From the NCBI GenBank assembly GCA_964234715.1, contig OZ174284.1: a DNA stretch of 64,000 nucleotides. The stretch is one strand, 5' to 3'. The number at the start of each line of letters is the position of its first letter. Positions within the stretch are counted from its first letter, which is position 1. Both the position numbers and the translations under genes were made by a program. Shown one piece after another: positions 12,968 through 25,219 of the stretch. Source of the DNA: Podarcis melisellensis. Lineage: Eukaryota. Below the pieces are notes generated by a model that ran no database searches, was not told where the DNA came from, and saw only the letters and a list, made by a program, of their open reading frames with translations.

Positions 12968-13019
12968 TCCAGTAGCACCTTAGAGACCAACTAAATTTCT
13001 TCTTGGTATAAGCTTTCAT
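12880..13019. mobile_element. Penelope-like retroelement remnant with internal (AAT)n microsatellite (~12926-12966)
   Basis: GTAGCCGTGTTGGTCTG...GTAGCACCTTAGAGACCAACTAA...ATAAGCTTTC motifs typical of squamate Penelope fragments. Related pieces at ~24330-24410 and ~24870-24905. Confidence 0.5.
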
Positions 13020-13516
13020 TTATATATATATATATTGTAGGGAACAGTTTATAAAAAATGCTTCAAATGGGAATGGGCAATGCTAAATCAAATCTGTCGA
13101 CTTTTAAAACTTTCATTGTATTCCACTTCTGCATTCTTGGTGTCCCATTCTTATAGAAAGCAGGTTGCATGATAGCACTTTTCTCTCTCTCTCTCTCTCT
13201 CATGCAATCTGGCATCGTGTGGTTTTGGAATGCCACCTGATGGTTGAAGGCAAAATCACTGCTCAAAATCGCTACCTCCTCCCATCAGCCTTCAGTTTTG
13301 ATTCATGGCTGATTTATTTTTTTCAAAGCACTCCACTATGCTTGTTTCAGGTTTAGGTTTTCCATGTCTGTATGGTCTGTCTGTCTGTCTGAGTTAACCT
13401 TGCCCAACCCTCAACAACTGTTGGTGTGCTTCTTCATTTAAAAATAATAATAAAGTTCTTTCCCACTCCATTCCCTTTCAGCTTTTCCAGCGCCTGTCAC
13501 TCCCTCCAATTTTTTT

Positions 13517-13760
13517 GAGAGCCAGTGTGGTGTAGTGGTTAAGAGCGGTAGTCATGTAATCTGGGGAACCGGGTTCGCGTCTCCGCTCCTCCACATGCAG
13601 CTGCTGGGTGACCTTGGGCCAGTCACACTTCTCTGAAGTCTCTCAGCCCCACTCACCTCACAGAGTGTTTGTTGTGGGGGAGGAAGGGAAAGGAGATTGT
13701 TAGCCGCTTTGAGACTCCTGAAGGGGAGTGAAAGGCGGGATATCAAATACAAACTCCTCT
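13517..13760 (+). mobile_element. Near full-length tRNA-derived squamate SINE (Squam3-like, L2-type tail)
   Basis: Pol III A box TGGTGTAGTGG (13528) and B box GGTTCGCGTCT (~13572); core GCTGGGTGACCTTGGGCCAGTCAC; tail GTTAGCCGCTTTGAG...GGCGGGATATCAAAT. Confidence 0.8.
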
Positions 13761-14233
13761 TTTTTATTTTTTTTTTAGCCTCTGTTTTCCTCCCTGCTTG
13801 CCTTGGCTACAGCCTTAGAGGCATGAAGAAGATAACACACAAATCCATGACTTTCCACGGTACCAGAGAGCAATGCTGCATAATTCAATTTTTACCTAGG
13901 GCTGCTGAAAAACATATTGCTTAGTGTGCCAAAACATGTGTGCCATATGGCTACATAGAATCATAGAATTGTAGAGATGGAAGGGACCCTGAGGATCATC
14001 TAGTCCACCCCCTGCAATGCAGGAATATGCAGCTGTCCCATACAAAGATCAAGCCTGCGATCTTGGTGTTATCAGCACTATGCTCCAACCACCTGAGCCA
14101 CCCATGGTCACATGATTAAGGGAGTTTACTAATTCAATATATGTAGTAAAGTCTGGTGCAATGCTTTTTGATGTAACAGTTATGTGCTTCCAAACAACTA
14201 CTTAACTATATTATTTGTCCTGTCTTTCAACAG

Positions 14234-14410
14234 TTAATAACACACATGAATTAGGCCGCTTGGAAGAGATCAGTATACCAGCCAATGAGACCAGCCTGAT
14301 ATTAAGCAACTTAAATTACAGCACTCGATACAAGTTTTACTTCTACGCACAGACATCAGTTGGAGCTGGAAGTCAAATAACAGAGGAGGCAGTAACAATT
14401 ATGGATGAAG
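14234..14410 (+). CDS. NRCAM: NRCAM exon, FnIII-4 C-half (INNTHELGRLEEISIPANETSLILSNLNYSTRYKFYFYAQTSVGAGSQITEEAVTIMDE)
   Basis: ttcaacag|TTAAT...GAAG|gtaaga. Confidence 0.95.
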
Positions 14411-14867
14411 GTAAGATGGGTATGTATAAAGAACGTCCACTTACATTTGAATAATTGTGCTGTTTTCCTCTCTCTAAAAATAAGTGAATTTAGCTGTCTG
14501 TAGTAGGAGAATTGTCTCTATGGTTTTGGTTTTCAAGGAAAATGTGGTGCTCTTGGAACTGCTGTAAAGTTTATCCCTAGAAAACCTGTGCATAATTGTT
14601 TTACAAGGGACTTGCATATGCATATAGTCACTTATATCTATTGTGTCATGCTAAACTATGCCTTTTAAATTGTCACATAGCTTTCCAGGCACCATAGCTG
14701 GGCTATGGTCACACAAAATTCACTCTAAAATGGCTATATGATCATCTTGCAGCTGTCTGTATTTTATGAAATGGTTTCCTTGCTTCCCACTGCCCAATGA
14801 AAACAAGACTTTAGGTCATATCTGGATTGCACTGATTTTAGAGATTTAATTTCTACTTTTAGCATTT

Positions 14868-15030
14868 CCGTGCGCTGCTCTGGTTCGCCAGAAGCAGCTT
14901 ATTCATGCTGGCCACATGACCTGGAAGCTGTATGCCAGCTCCCTCGGCCAATAAAGCAAGATGAGCACTGCAACCCCAGAGTCGGTCATGACTGGACCTA
15001 ATGGTCAGGGGTCCCTTTACCCTTTAGCTT
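14868..15030 (+). mobile_element. 5'-truncated Sauria SINE
   Basis: CATGCTGGCCACATGACC...CAACCCCAGAGTCGG...GGGGTCCCTTTACCCTTTA tail. Flanked by a near-identical TSD, TACTTTT(T)AGCATTT, at 14854-14867 and 15031-15045. Confidence 0.75.
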
Positions 15031-16155
15031 TACTTTTTAGCATTTATACGTCCTGCAGTCCTGAATGATTCAGTCAGAGCTGCCTCCCCACCTTACATTA
15101 AACCACTGTGGATTGTGCAGTTCCACGTGGGTTTTTTTTTCTTTTCGAGTACAGATATACCCTGTGGGGAGAAATCTCTACCTGAAATATATATTTTTAC
15201 CCATACTCTCCAATATCCGACCAAGTGCACAGAAAGTTGCCATTTGGACCTGCCATTTGCTTTCGTAGCTTAATCATTGGGATGTATTTGAGCAGATACC
15301 ACAGGATCATTAGCATGAAAACAATAGTCATAAAGCCATGTAAAAGCACCTGTATACTGCAGCTGTCTATGCATTACCATCATGTATTATACCCCGAATA
15401 TAATGCATTGTATTTTGTATCAGTTCTCTAGTTTTGGCTGCTGCATCAGGATTCCTAATTAAAGCCTGTTCTGCGGGTATAATACTTTCCTCTGAATCAC
15501 TGCCCTGAATCTAATGGTATCCAAAACAGGGATTAAAGCCAAAACCAAACATAGCATAACACGTATGATGCTAAGCAGGGGCAAGTTACAAGTGAAAGAA
15601 ACTATAAAGTGGCCTTCCTTCAGAAAGCAAGTCCTGCTGTTTTTGAAGATGCCAGACTAAAAGCATCATAAAAACTGGCAAATAGAGGAAAGTAATGCTG
15701 GTCACTTAGAAAAGAAAAGAAAAAGCTGTCAGGCAAGTCCTTTATTTGGACAAAGCAACCGACAATTGTCCTAAGTTTGGCAGAACAAGGAAGTGTCTTT
15801 ATTCTGGAAAACTGCTATAGTGTGTCTGTGTGTGCGTGTGCACATGCATGCACACCTATGATTTAACTTAATTGCACATTAATAAATTATAAGACAAAAG
15901 GAAAAGTGGTTAAGAAAGATATCTTTTTTTAAAAAAATAATAGTAGGTGAAACAAATGCATGATTATTAGCCTTTGTTTTTAAAATCACTCTTTAGTGTG
16001 AGTGTTTAACTTCTTATTCCCTTCTTCTAATACTTTAACTGCATGCCTTTGTACTTTAATATATATGTGTAGATTTATAGTATAGATATATAGATATATA
16101 CGCTCCTTTTGTTGTACCTAATTATGTAGTGTTCTTTTATTTTCTTCCATTTATG

Positions 16156-16191
16156 CTGGTATTCTTCCACATGACCTAAGTGCAGGTAAAG
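16156..16191 (+). pseudogene. NRCAM: Vestigial NRCAM 12-aa alternative exon ('AE12'; AGILPHDLSAGK) with non-canonical splice sites
   Basis: 36-nt phase-1 block resembling mammalian AGILPPDVGAGK (recalled), between FnIII-4 and FnIII-5. It is preceded by TG (not AG) and followed by AT (not GT). Confidence 0.75.
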
Positions 16192-17849
16192 ATGAGCATG
16201 AATTGTATGGATTTTTGCAGATTCTAAATTCAGTTTCTTTAAATAGAAATCAGCCTGTAAAAGTGGAAGGAACAATGCAATTCATTAAAGGAGAGTGTTG
16301 CGCTGATAGAGGGAATGTTTATGGGACATCCATCAATTTCTTTAACATAGTACCTGTCTTATTGCTTCAAAAAGCATATGTGTATCTACTGTCTTTCATG
16401 ACAATGCATTAGACAGGCTCTGAGGAGGAGGCAAGTTTGTGCTACAGGGAGGAGCTCATTTTTCTATCACTAAGGCTGCTTTGTGGCAGTAATGATAGCT
16501 TGCAGGTTTCTCCTCTTTCAGAACCTCTGAGAATGCCTCTGCTAGCAATGGGGGGCGGGAGTAAAGGCTTCCCTCCCCAATTAATTAAAGCATTGGTGAG
16601 ATCTAGTGTCATGTATTTATTGGTCACACCAAGCTTTCAGATGTCTGTTTCCTGTAGAAGCAAAGTGGGCTAGTATATTGCAAATAAAGTGGAAGCAAAG
16701 ATGCTATTAAATAAAGTTCACTTTTCAAAAACACACACACAGACATGTACAGTCAGTTTATTGAATGCCATCTTTTGCTTACTTGTATCCAGTATACCTT
16801 TCTCCTTATATGTGTCGCCTTAATAAACACACAGAGAGGATAGTTTCATGACCATTTTGGTTCCTATTTTCTATTGCTCTATTGGAGAGTTTTATGTTAT
16901 CTGTGCATAGGCTGACCTGTTAAATGTTCTGTTTGGTTCACAGCTTATAGAACTTATTAGCTGAAAGTTAAGATGGCTGTTGTTATTAGCATAAGAAAGT
17001 GAAATATAAACAATAATTGGAGAAATGGTAATCAATACTACTATCTAAAGAGTAGTATAGCACTGTGATGTTGGATTAAAGCATCATGGATTAAAACATC
17101 ATAATGTTGGATTACTTCCTGTGGAATTTCAAATCAAAATTTCAGAGAATCTGGACCCATCAGCCTATTTCTGACTCATGTCAGTTTTCCCCATGTATAT
17201 ATTCATAAATTTATTCCACTGCATTATTCTCTATTTTTAAAAATCCCATATAAAAAAAATTCTGATTTAAGTTTATACTTAAACACATAATGAAACACAA
17301 TATACATATAAACTACATGTTAACCTAAAATTTGCATTGTTTTATGAATCTGGATGCTTTCTTGAAATGAGAACTGTATCGCAAAATTCAGAAAAGCTTG
17401 AAAACTGAAGGGTAATTATATTCCCGCTCTTGGATTGGTCTAGGAGGTCCTAATTAGCTCAGTTTGCTTAAAGATGTGGTCTACATGAGATTCCCACCTA
17501 TCCTTACTTGTTTTGTTGGAACACTTCAACGAAATATGATTACAAATATCAAAATAGTTTCATGCAGAAATTATTTGGTATATTGTGCTGACGTTATGTA
17601 GCAGTTTGACACCTTACAACCACAACATACTTGTTCTGGTACATCCATAAATTATGTTGTTGTTTTTACTGAAATAGATGGTTGTCATTGTTGGTATTTT
17701 GCCTATTTATATGAATTAACTGGCTATTTAACTTGGTTAATAAAAAAATAAAGCTCTCTAGATATGTAGTTTATTAACTGAAGCAGAGGATAACAACAAC
17801 AATTGTAATAATAATAGTAATAAATGATTAGTAGTAGTAGCAGTAGTAC

Positions 17850-18130
17850 CTCGCCCATCTGGCTGGGTTTCCCCAGCCACTCTGGGTGGCTCCCAACAGA
17901 ATATTAAAAACATGATAAAACATCAAACATTAAAAACTTCCCTAAACAGGGCTGCCTAAAACTCAGATAGTTGTTCATTTGCTTGACATCTGATGGTAGG
18001 GCATTCCACAGGGCGGGCACCACTACCAAGAAGGCCCTCTGCCTAGTTCCCTGTAAACTCACTCAGAGTTGGACCTCAGTGTCCGGTCTGAACAATGGGG
18101 GTGGAGATGCTTCTGCAGGCATACTGGGCC
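17850..18130 (-). mobile_element. L2 LINE 3' end fragment
   Basis: Reverse complement of the tail GCCACCCAGAGTGGCTGGGGAAACCCAGCCAGATGGGCG plus degenerate ORF2 C-terminus. The same tail occurs at 63720-63790. Confidence 0.7.
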
Positions 18131-18284
18131 AAAGCCTTTTAGGCTGGATGTTAGCATCTCCTGTTCATAATACAATCATCTGTATTGGGGTGGGGGAGGG
18201 ACCACATTGGCAAAGATGAAAAGTATTTGTTTTCCTGAAAATAATAATAGTAAGAGTAAGAGTAAATAGTAAACAAATAATTCC

Positions 18285-18560
18285 ATATGCTGCCCATCTG
18301 ACTGGGTTGCCACAGCCACCCTAAGTGGCTTCCAGCAAAATATAAAAACACAATAATACATCAAACTTAAAAAAATTCCATATACAGGGCTGCCTTCAGC
18401 TGTCTTCTGAAAGTCATACAATTGATTATCTGTTCAACATCTGATTGAAGGGCGTTAAACAAGGTGGGTGCCTCTACCGAGAAGGCCCTCTGCCTAGTTC
18501 CCTGTAACTTTACTTCTTGCAGTGAGGGAACCGGCAGAAGGTCATTGGAGCTGGACTTTA
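18285..18560 (-). mobile_element. Second L2 LINE 3' fragment
   Basis: Minus-strand ORF ...GTRQRAFSVEAPTLFNAL...TFRRQLKAALY is the typical L2 ORF2 C-terminus. Shares GAAGGCCCTCTGCCTAGTTCCCTGTAA with the preceding copy. Confidence 0.72.
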
Positions 18561-20723
18561 CCTGCTTTGTTAGATTACTCCAAGAGAAACATTTCCAAAA
18601 TCTCAATTCTCCATAAAGTTCTCTCTGTGCCTAGAGCATGAACAGATTCATGTTTGATTTTGCTCTGAATGCATCTCTGCAGAGTGGAGCACAGTTCACA
18701 AATGAGCTAACTGACTGGTAACAATGTGTTGCATCATAATGTAAACTGTTATTTTGAGGGAAGCAAAGATTAGTCTTCAGACATTTTCAAGAAATCAGTC
18801 AGAATTAAGTCCTCTTTATTGAAGGAATAATATCCAATTGTGTTTTGTCACAACTTCCTTTAATTTTGCATATCTGTTGCATCACTAAAAGGCATCTGTT
18901 TTGCAAGTTCGTCAAGGAAGGTTCCTATTTTTGAGTACCTAGAACTTACACAGGCTCAAAGTAGGGTGATTCTATATTTTGTTTTACAGATGCAGAAAGC
19001 AGGAAGTTGATTTCAGTTCCAGAAACTGGGTGATGGACCATTGTGGGGGTGGATTAGCACAATCTTAAAAATAAAAAAACCTCTGATCTTTCCCCTGACA
19101 GTTTCTTCAGCATTGTTTCCAGGGGGAAAGAAATGCATGGTATTTCATTCCTCAAATGGTTTTGCATGCTGAATAATGTTCGAGAACATGTTGTGAATTA
19201 ACCACATAGAACACACAGAGGTGCTGAAGAGGCATCACTTTACCATACCTTTTAACAGCTAAGGTTTTCATTTTATGAAACCCACCTCTTTTGCTGAATT
19301 TATGCTGTTCTTTTATGATGGAAACTGTTTTATTATTTTTACTGCTTATCTGTGTTTATTATTGTTTATTACATTGCTGTAACCCGCCCGAGGTGAAGGG
19401 TGGGTAAAAAAATCATACAAATCATTAATAAAGTAACAAACACAACCTACCATGCACTTCAGCTATAAAATCCTTTTTTACTTGGTCATCTCTGGGATTG
19501 CACAGGTTGTACCATTGCAGTTCTTGATGGGTGCCTCCTTATGATAAAAGCCTATGTCCATCAGAGTGATGAATGGATGGTTATTAGCCTTTCAAGATAG
19601 TTATAACTAATATTATTATTGATCTGCATTTTAATAATGATTTTATGTGCTTGTTTTCCTTTTGCAACTTGTTCTCCTATTGTATCGAGTAAAATGTCTT
19701 TAAAAGAACCTGCATGGGTGTCCATTTATGTATGTGTTGTGTTGACTTAACAGGTAAGATGGTGCTGTGATGTATGAAACATTTTTACTCTGTAAAAATA
19801 TTTTCGCTGTTTGTTTTCCTCTTTCCTGCTTTCTCTGATGAAGGAAATTCAGAGAAGCCTTTTGAAACCCCTTTTTGAAACCTTCCCTGTTATGCATACT
19901 GTACCAGAGACGGATTTAGGGTGGCGAGACTGGTTCCCCTGCACAGGGCGCCGAGCCGAGGGGGCGCCTTCCCGCTTCCTTCACAAAGCCTAAGTAAGTG
20001 CTTGCTTCGGGAAGGAGGCACGAGGGCTTTGACAGGGTCCCTCCAAAAGCCTAGTTAGTTCTTGCCCAACTCTGTGAAGTAGGGCTGCAGGACCCTGCCA
20101 GAGCCTTGTGCCTTCATCCCAAAGTCCACTGCCTTGCTTAGCCAATTCAGGAAGCTGCTACAAGGGCCGGGAGGGCATCAAACTTTGGCCTTGCACAGGG
20201 CACCATATTACCAGGGTCCACCCCAGACTGTACCTACCAACATATAAGGGGAAGGATATTTATCTTATGGATTTTAATGCTATCAAAACAGCTGAACTGC
20301 AATGTTCCACAGAAAGAAACTGCCGGAAAGAAATTCAAGAATTACCAAAACAATATGAAAATAGAAAGTTATATTTCTGTGTGTCTTTATGGTTTTCCAT
20401 CAATCCGTAGAATTACTGTCACTTTTGAGATGTTTGCTAGCCTTTTAGATGTGGCTAGCCTTTTAGCTGAGAAGTAGAATTATTAAACATGCCTCTTTAT
20501 CTGGAAATGTCACACTGAATTGAATGGGGCATACTCTTAAATGAGTTGCATAGAATTAAACGGTTATATAGTTAGTTGTACTTCATAATAGACTAACATA
20601 GCATGCTTACTACCATGTCATATGCAATGTCTGCTAATCCTGTAGTCACTAATTCTCCTGTGGTGCCAGAGTGGAACAGAACTCGGGGACTCACCTCCAC
20701 TGGGTTACCAGGCAGGGTCCTCT

Positions 20724-20725
<2 letters not shown>

Positions 20726-20772
<47 letters not shown>

Positions 20773-20783
20773 CAACAACAACA
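20726..20783. repeat. (AAT)n(AAC)n microsatellite
   Basis: Direct read; produces the spurious poly-N/poly-L ORFs. Confidence 0.95.
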
Positions 20784-21477
20784 AAGTACAACACCATGAG
20801 GAAGGGTTTCTCTTCAGCTTCCAGGCTTGCCTTGCATTGTTGGCAGGCAAGACAGTTGTTCAGAGCATCACACACCTTTGTAACAATTTTGAAAATAGAT
20901 TCCCCCCTCCCTTCCCTAATCCTTCTAGTTAGAAATTTGGATTATATGTAGAAGGACACAAAAGCAAATTTGGGAAGGAAAAAAGGATACGTGAACCTGT
21001 TGTCCACTTCTATTTATGGAGATTGTTTATATAGTTTGGGGAAATATGAAGACTGCTTACCTTCCAGTTTCCCAACCTCAGGGCCACCAAAGCACTCCAT
21101 TTTTTTTATAACTTTGGTAAAATCCATTTTGTCCAAACAGGTGCAAGACATTTACTGTCTTTCTAAATGTTCCAGCTTATCAGGTGGCTTTGAGAGGTAC
21201 TGAGTCCTCCTTGTCCTACCATAAACATTTTTTAAATAGAACTACAACACAAGGATATAGTGGCAGCAATAGCCACTCAGCAAAATGAGGAGAAGAAAAT
21301 GGGGACAAGAATAACTCTCATGGCTCCGATTTTCCGCCTTTTCCTGTTTGGGTTTCACTGCAACCCTCCCTGGTGTATTAGGATGACCTACACATGGGGG
21401 GTTTTGCAAAGCAATGGAAGCTAGGAGAACTAGAGTATTTCATTCCACTTTTCATTGGCAGGTCAGATTTCATGGAA

Positions 21478-21660
21478 GAGCAGCAGCTCAGTGATAGAGC
21501 ATGTGAACACCCCCAGTTCAATCTCCAGCTTTTCAAGGTAGGGTTGGGGAGGACTTCCACCTGGAATCCTGGAGAACCGCTGCCAGTCAGTACTGAGCTA
21601 GATGAACCCAGTGGTCTGAGTCAGTGTAAGACTGTAAGACAGTTTCCTATGTTCCTATCC
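21478..21660 (+). mobile_element. Degenerate tRNA-derived SINE with CR1-type tail
   Basis: AGCTCAGTGATAGAGCAT...GTTCAATCTCC head; tail ...GGTCTGAGTCAGTGTAAG...TTCCTATGTTCCTAT. Confidence 0.5.
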
Positions 21661-22641
21661 TTTCATGGTCATTCATGTACTGTTTCTGAACAGAGATTCG
21701 ATCATAGAATTGTAGAGTTGGGAGGGAGTTGGAAGTCCAACCCTCTGCAATAATCTTCAGTGGGGACAGATTTGTCCATCCTCACAATGGTTAGAAGACA
21801 ATAAAGTCTATAAGGATAAGATGCCAGCTCACTATAAATGCAATACTGCTATTTCCACAGCCTACAGAAGCTCCCCAAGTGTGCGCAAAGCTGCACCCTC
21901 AAGATTCATGCACACCTTTGCTAGACATTATCAAATGATCATACTTGTAACGATGCGTTATCCTAATGCCGCATTTCATAGAAGGCGGCTTTGGGATAAA
22001 ACAGTTGAATCTCCCTGCTGTTTGGATACAAGAAAACTTGGTACATCTGAATTGAAGGCTACCCCACCGCAGAGAGGGAAATATTGACATTGTCTATTCT
22101 CATTCTCAGTGATTCAAAGGTGGGGTAGTTTGCAAACAGGTAGATATAGAGAAAAGCTAGAGTTATATTCTTGGAAGCCCATTCAGTATCTGTAGTGGGT
22201 TTAGATAGTTTGACTCTAGTAGGAAGTTCTTTTTCTTTGTTAACCATAGCAGTACATTAGCTCCAGTGTTTTCATGCTTGTTGTATTAGATCTACTAATA
22301 TTATTAGTAGACCTCCTGTCAGAGTAAAGTTCATGGTAGAAGCTTATCCAAACTCTTGTCACAGCCCAGAGGCTGAGGGGAAGCTCCTCCCCTTGGTTCC
22401 ATTTTAAAGAGGACCGTGCTTGGTAACCAAGAGGAGGGGCTTTCACCAAGCGGAAGAGTGGTCCACCTGAGAATTGCTGCTAATGGGAATTTATGGTAAG
22501 TCCACATTTTTCATTTTTCCGAAAACGGAAACAAATCAATATTCTATTCCTTAAGATTCAGGTTAGGGAAGAAGTTAAAGCTGGATTGTATGAGATGCAT
22601 GCAGCCTTTCATATTTTGCTCTGTTTTTCTTGTGTATTTAG

Positions 22642-22767
22642 TGCCGCCAGTGTATCCAGGGATCAAAAATGTTACGGCAGCTGCTGCTGAGACCTATGCC
22701 AATATCAGTTGGGAGTATGAGGGTCCAGTTCATGAGAACATTTATGTTGAATATGGTGTGGCAGGCA
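22642..22767 (+). CDS. NRCAM: NRCAM alternative FnIII-5 exon 1 ('AE93' part 1; VPPVYPGIKNVTAAAAETYANISWEYEGPVHENIYVEYGVAG)
   Basis: tatttag|TGCCG...GGCA|gtaaga; 126 nt. Confidence 0.93.
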
Positions 22768-25066
22768 GTAAGAAGACATTTCATTGAATTCTTCCAAATG
22801 CTGTAATATATTTCAAAATATTTTAATAATAAGAAAATGGCCCAATATCGACTTAAGTTTTCAAAAACTAGTTTTGCTTCTAAAAAACTGCAGCAAACTT
22901 TTTAATATGAAGTGCATAGAAGTGTGTACAAGCACACATTTGAATTAATGTCATTTTATTGTATTGTTTTAGGAATTAGAGCCAACAGCACTTAATAAAA
23001 TGCCCCTAACTAAATGGACACGCATGGAGCTGCACATAGAGTTTTCTATCGCAGCTACTAAATTCCTGTTGATCAGCTGTTTAGTAGGTGGTGACTGAAT
23101 CAAACCCTTTCCCGCACCCCCAAACGGCAATTCAGCAGAATTTTTAGCATTGTTTTGAAAAGCACACACAGCCCCAGAGGGAATTGCTCATGCAGAAACT
23201 GTGTGAATTGGTAGTTCCCCACCAAGCAGCATATATATGTGAGGAAGCACTGCTTCTGCGTCTGCAGTTACTCCTCTTTCCCCACCTCATTCTGGTGAGA
23301 GTTGATGAGGCTGCCCATCATAGAGTACATTCAGTCTTATTAAGCACATACATATTTGTTGTGCTTGGAATTCTGTTATTAAAACCTCATTAATGCAATG
23401 CAGCTTCAGAGATACTTAACCTGAAAGGTTATGAAGCAAAATGCTTTAAACTACAGTATATTGAAACTGGGGTTTTTTTGTGCCATTAAATTCATATGTA
23501 GCCAATTAGTCTTCATTAAAACTAGAAAGCCTGATTTTCTAAACATCTTCAGGGCAGCAATTTGATGCACCTATAATCCTAAAGTGAAATGCTTGATGTT
23601 TTGATGGCAAAAGGTGTCTGCTTGTTTGCTTTCCTTTAGTTGTATTATGTCCATGAGGTTAAAATAGAATAGAATAGAGTTGGAAAGGACCAACCAATAC
23701 AGGAATCTTTTGCTCAATGTGGGGCTTGAACCCCAAACCCTGATATTAAGAGTCCAAAACCCTTCTATACCTACTGAGCTATCCCCCCAAAGGTCACTTT
23801 TTGGTGGTCAGGGCATATTACTTGCCCCATTACATGAGAAGGAAAATAATGCCATCATCAGTCCCCAATAAAGTCCAGTTTCAGAGAAGCCTTGTGTAAT
23901 TACACAATGTGTATCTTTCACATTTTTAATAAATCCTGAACAGAAAGATGTGAGAAGCATATCTGAATGGAAGGATTTTCACTCTTAATTCTGAGAAAGA
24001 TGAACTAGGCAGAAGTGGGCAGTTCAATGAGCCACACAAATTCTGGTTATGAATGAATTCCTCCCCTTTTCTTTGCTTGATTGTTGATAAATTAAGGAAA
24101 ATGTAAAGAAAAATCTAAGTAGAAAATGTGCCTTTCTTAAAAATTTAGGCTTTTAATGCCATTTTCCAAGAAAACAAAACTATAATCAAATCTTTGTGGC
24201 CATTTTAACAGTTAAAACAACCTTCCTTTCCTCTAGCAGACTGATCAAAATGAATCTTTCACAACAGATGAAAAATTAGATTGTGACTGTTTCCAGGCTG
24301 ATAGCTGCTGCAATAGAAAGAGAGAGAAATAAAGGCACCTTAAAGGCTAATAAATATATAACAGCATAAGCTTTCGTGAACTGGACTCCAGTTCATCAAA
24401 TGCATGAAGTACTATTCTAATTTGACAAGTATACACCCACATAGGGTTGGGAGCAGGGTTATAAGCAGTATATATTTCATTATGAAATGAAATGCAAAAA
24501 GTACAAACTGTGACAATTACAGTATATCTTAAATGCACATAAAATCATTTGTGACTATACTATTCATAATTATTAATGTTGCTTTGTGAATAGAGCCTGT
24601 AATTATTTTACATCCATTTAAAGTCGGATATAATTATTGTAGTCTTCAGGTTTTTTTTCAACTCGTTCCCTTCCAATCTCACTCTTTATTGTTTGCACAT
24701 GCACACACACACACACAGTGTCCTCTATAAGTTGTTCGACTACAAACCCCATCAGCCCCAATCAGCATGACCAAAATTCAAGGAGGATTGTGATTTTACA
24801 ACCTCTGGAGGGGTACCACATTGACTAAGGCTGTATTAGTCCATTAAAGCACGTACCATAATAAAAAATATTAGGCTTTAAGGTGCCACAATACTCTTTG
24901 TCATTTAGCCTACAGTTTACCTAGATATTGTATATTAGTAAATAACAGCAAAATATTTTTGAGATGGAAATCTAAACTTTTGCCAAACGGCAGTAAGAAG
25001 TGTAAGCATGAATTCAAGACAGTGAATTTAAATACTCCAATTGTTGTGTTCCTAAAAATTTTGTAG

Positions 25067-25219
25067 GCAAAGAAGATTTGAAAAAAGAAAATGTTAATGG
25101 TTCCCGGAACTTCTTTATGTTAAAAGGATTAACACCAGGAACATCATATAAAGTCCGGGTTGGTGCTGAGGGTCTTTCTGGTTTTAGGAGTTCAGATGCT
25201 GTGTTTGAGACAGGTCCAG
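25067..25219 (+). CDS. NRCAM: NRCAM alternative FnIII-5 exon 2 ('AE93' part 2; SKEDLKKENVNGSRNFFMLKGLTPGTSYKVRVGAEGLSGFRSSDAVFETGP)
   Basis: ttgtag|GCAAA...CCAG|gtgagg; 126+153 nt = 93 codons. Confidence 0.93.

Noticed and set aside
13521-13595. tRNA gene
   Set aside because: A and B boxes are present, but there is no cloverleaf acceptor stem and the sequence runs directly into a SINE body and tail.
20593-20932. Poly-Asn and poly-Leu ORFs (also 12804-13019, 35962-36171, 63635-63919)
   Set aside because: Translations of microsatellites.
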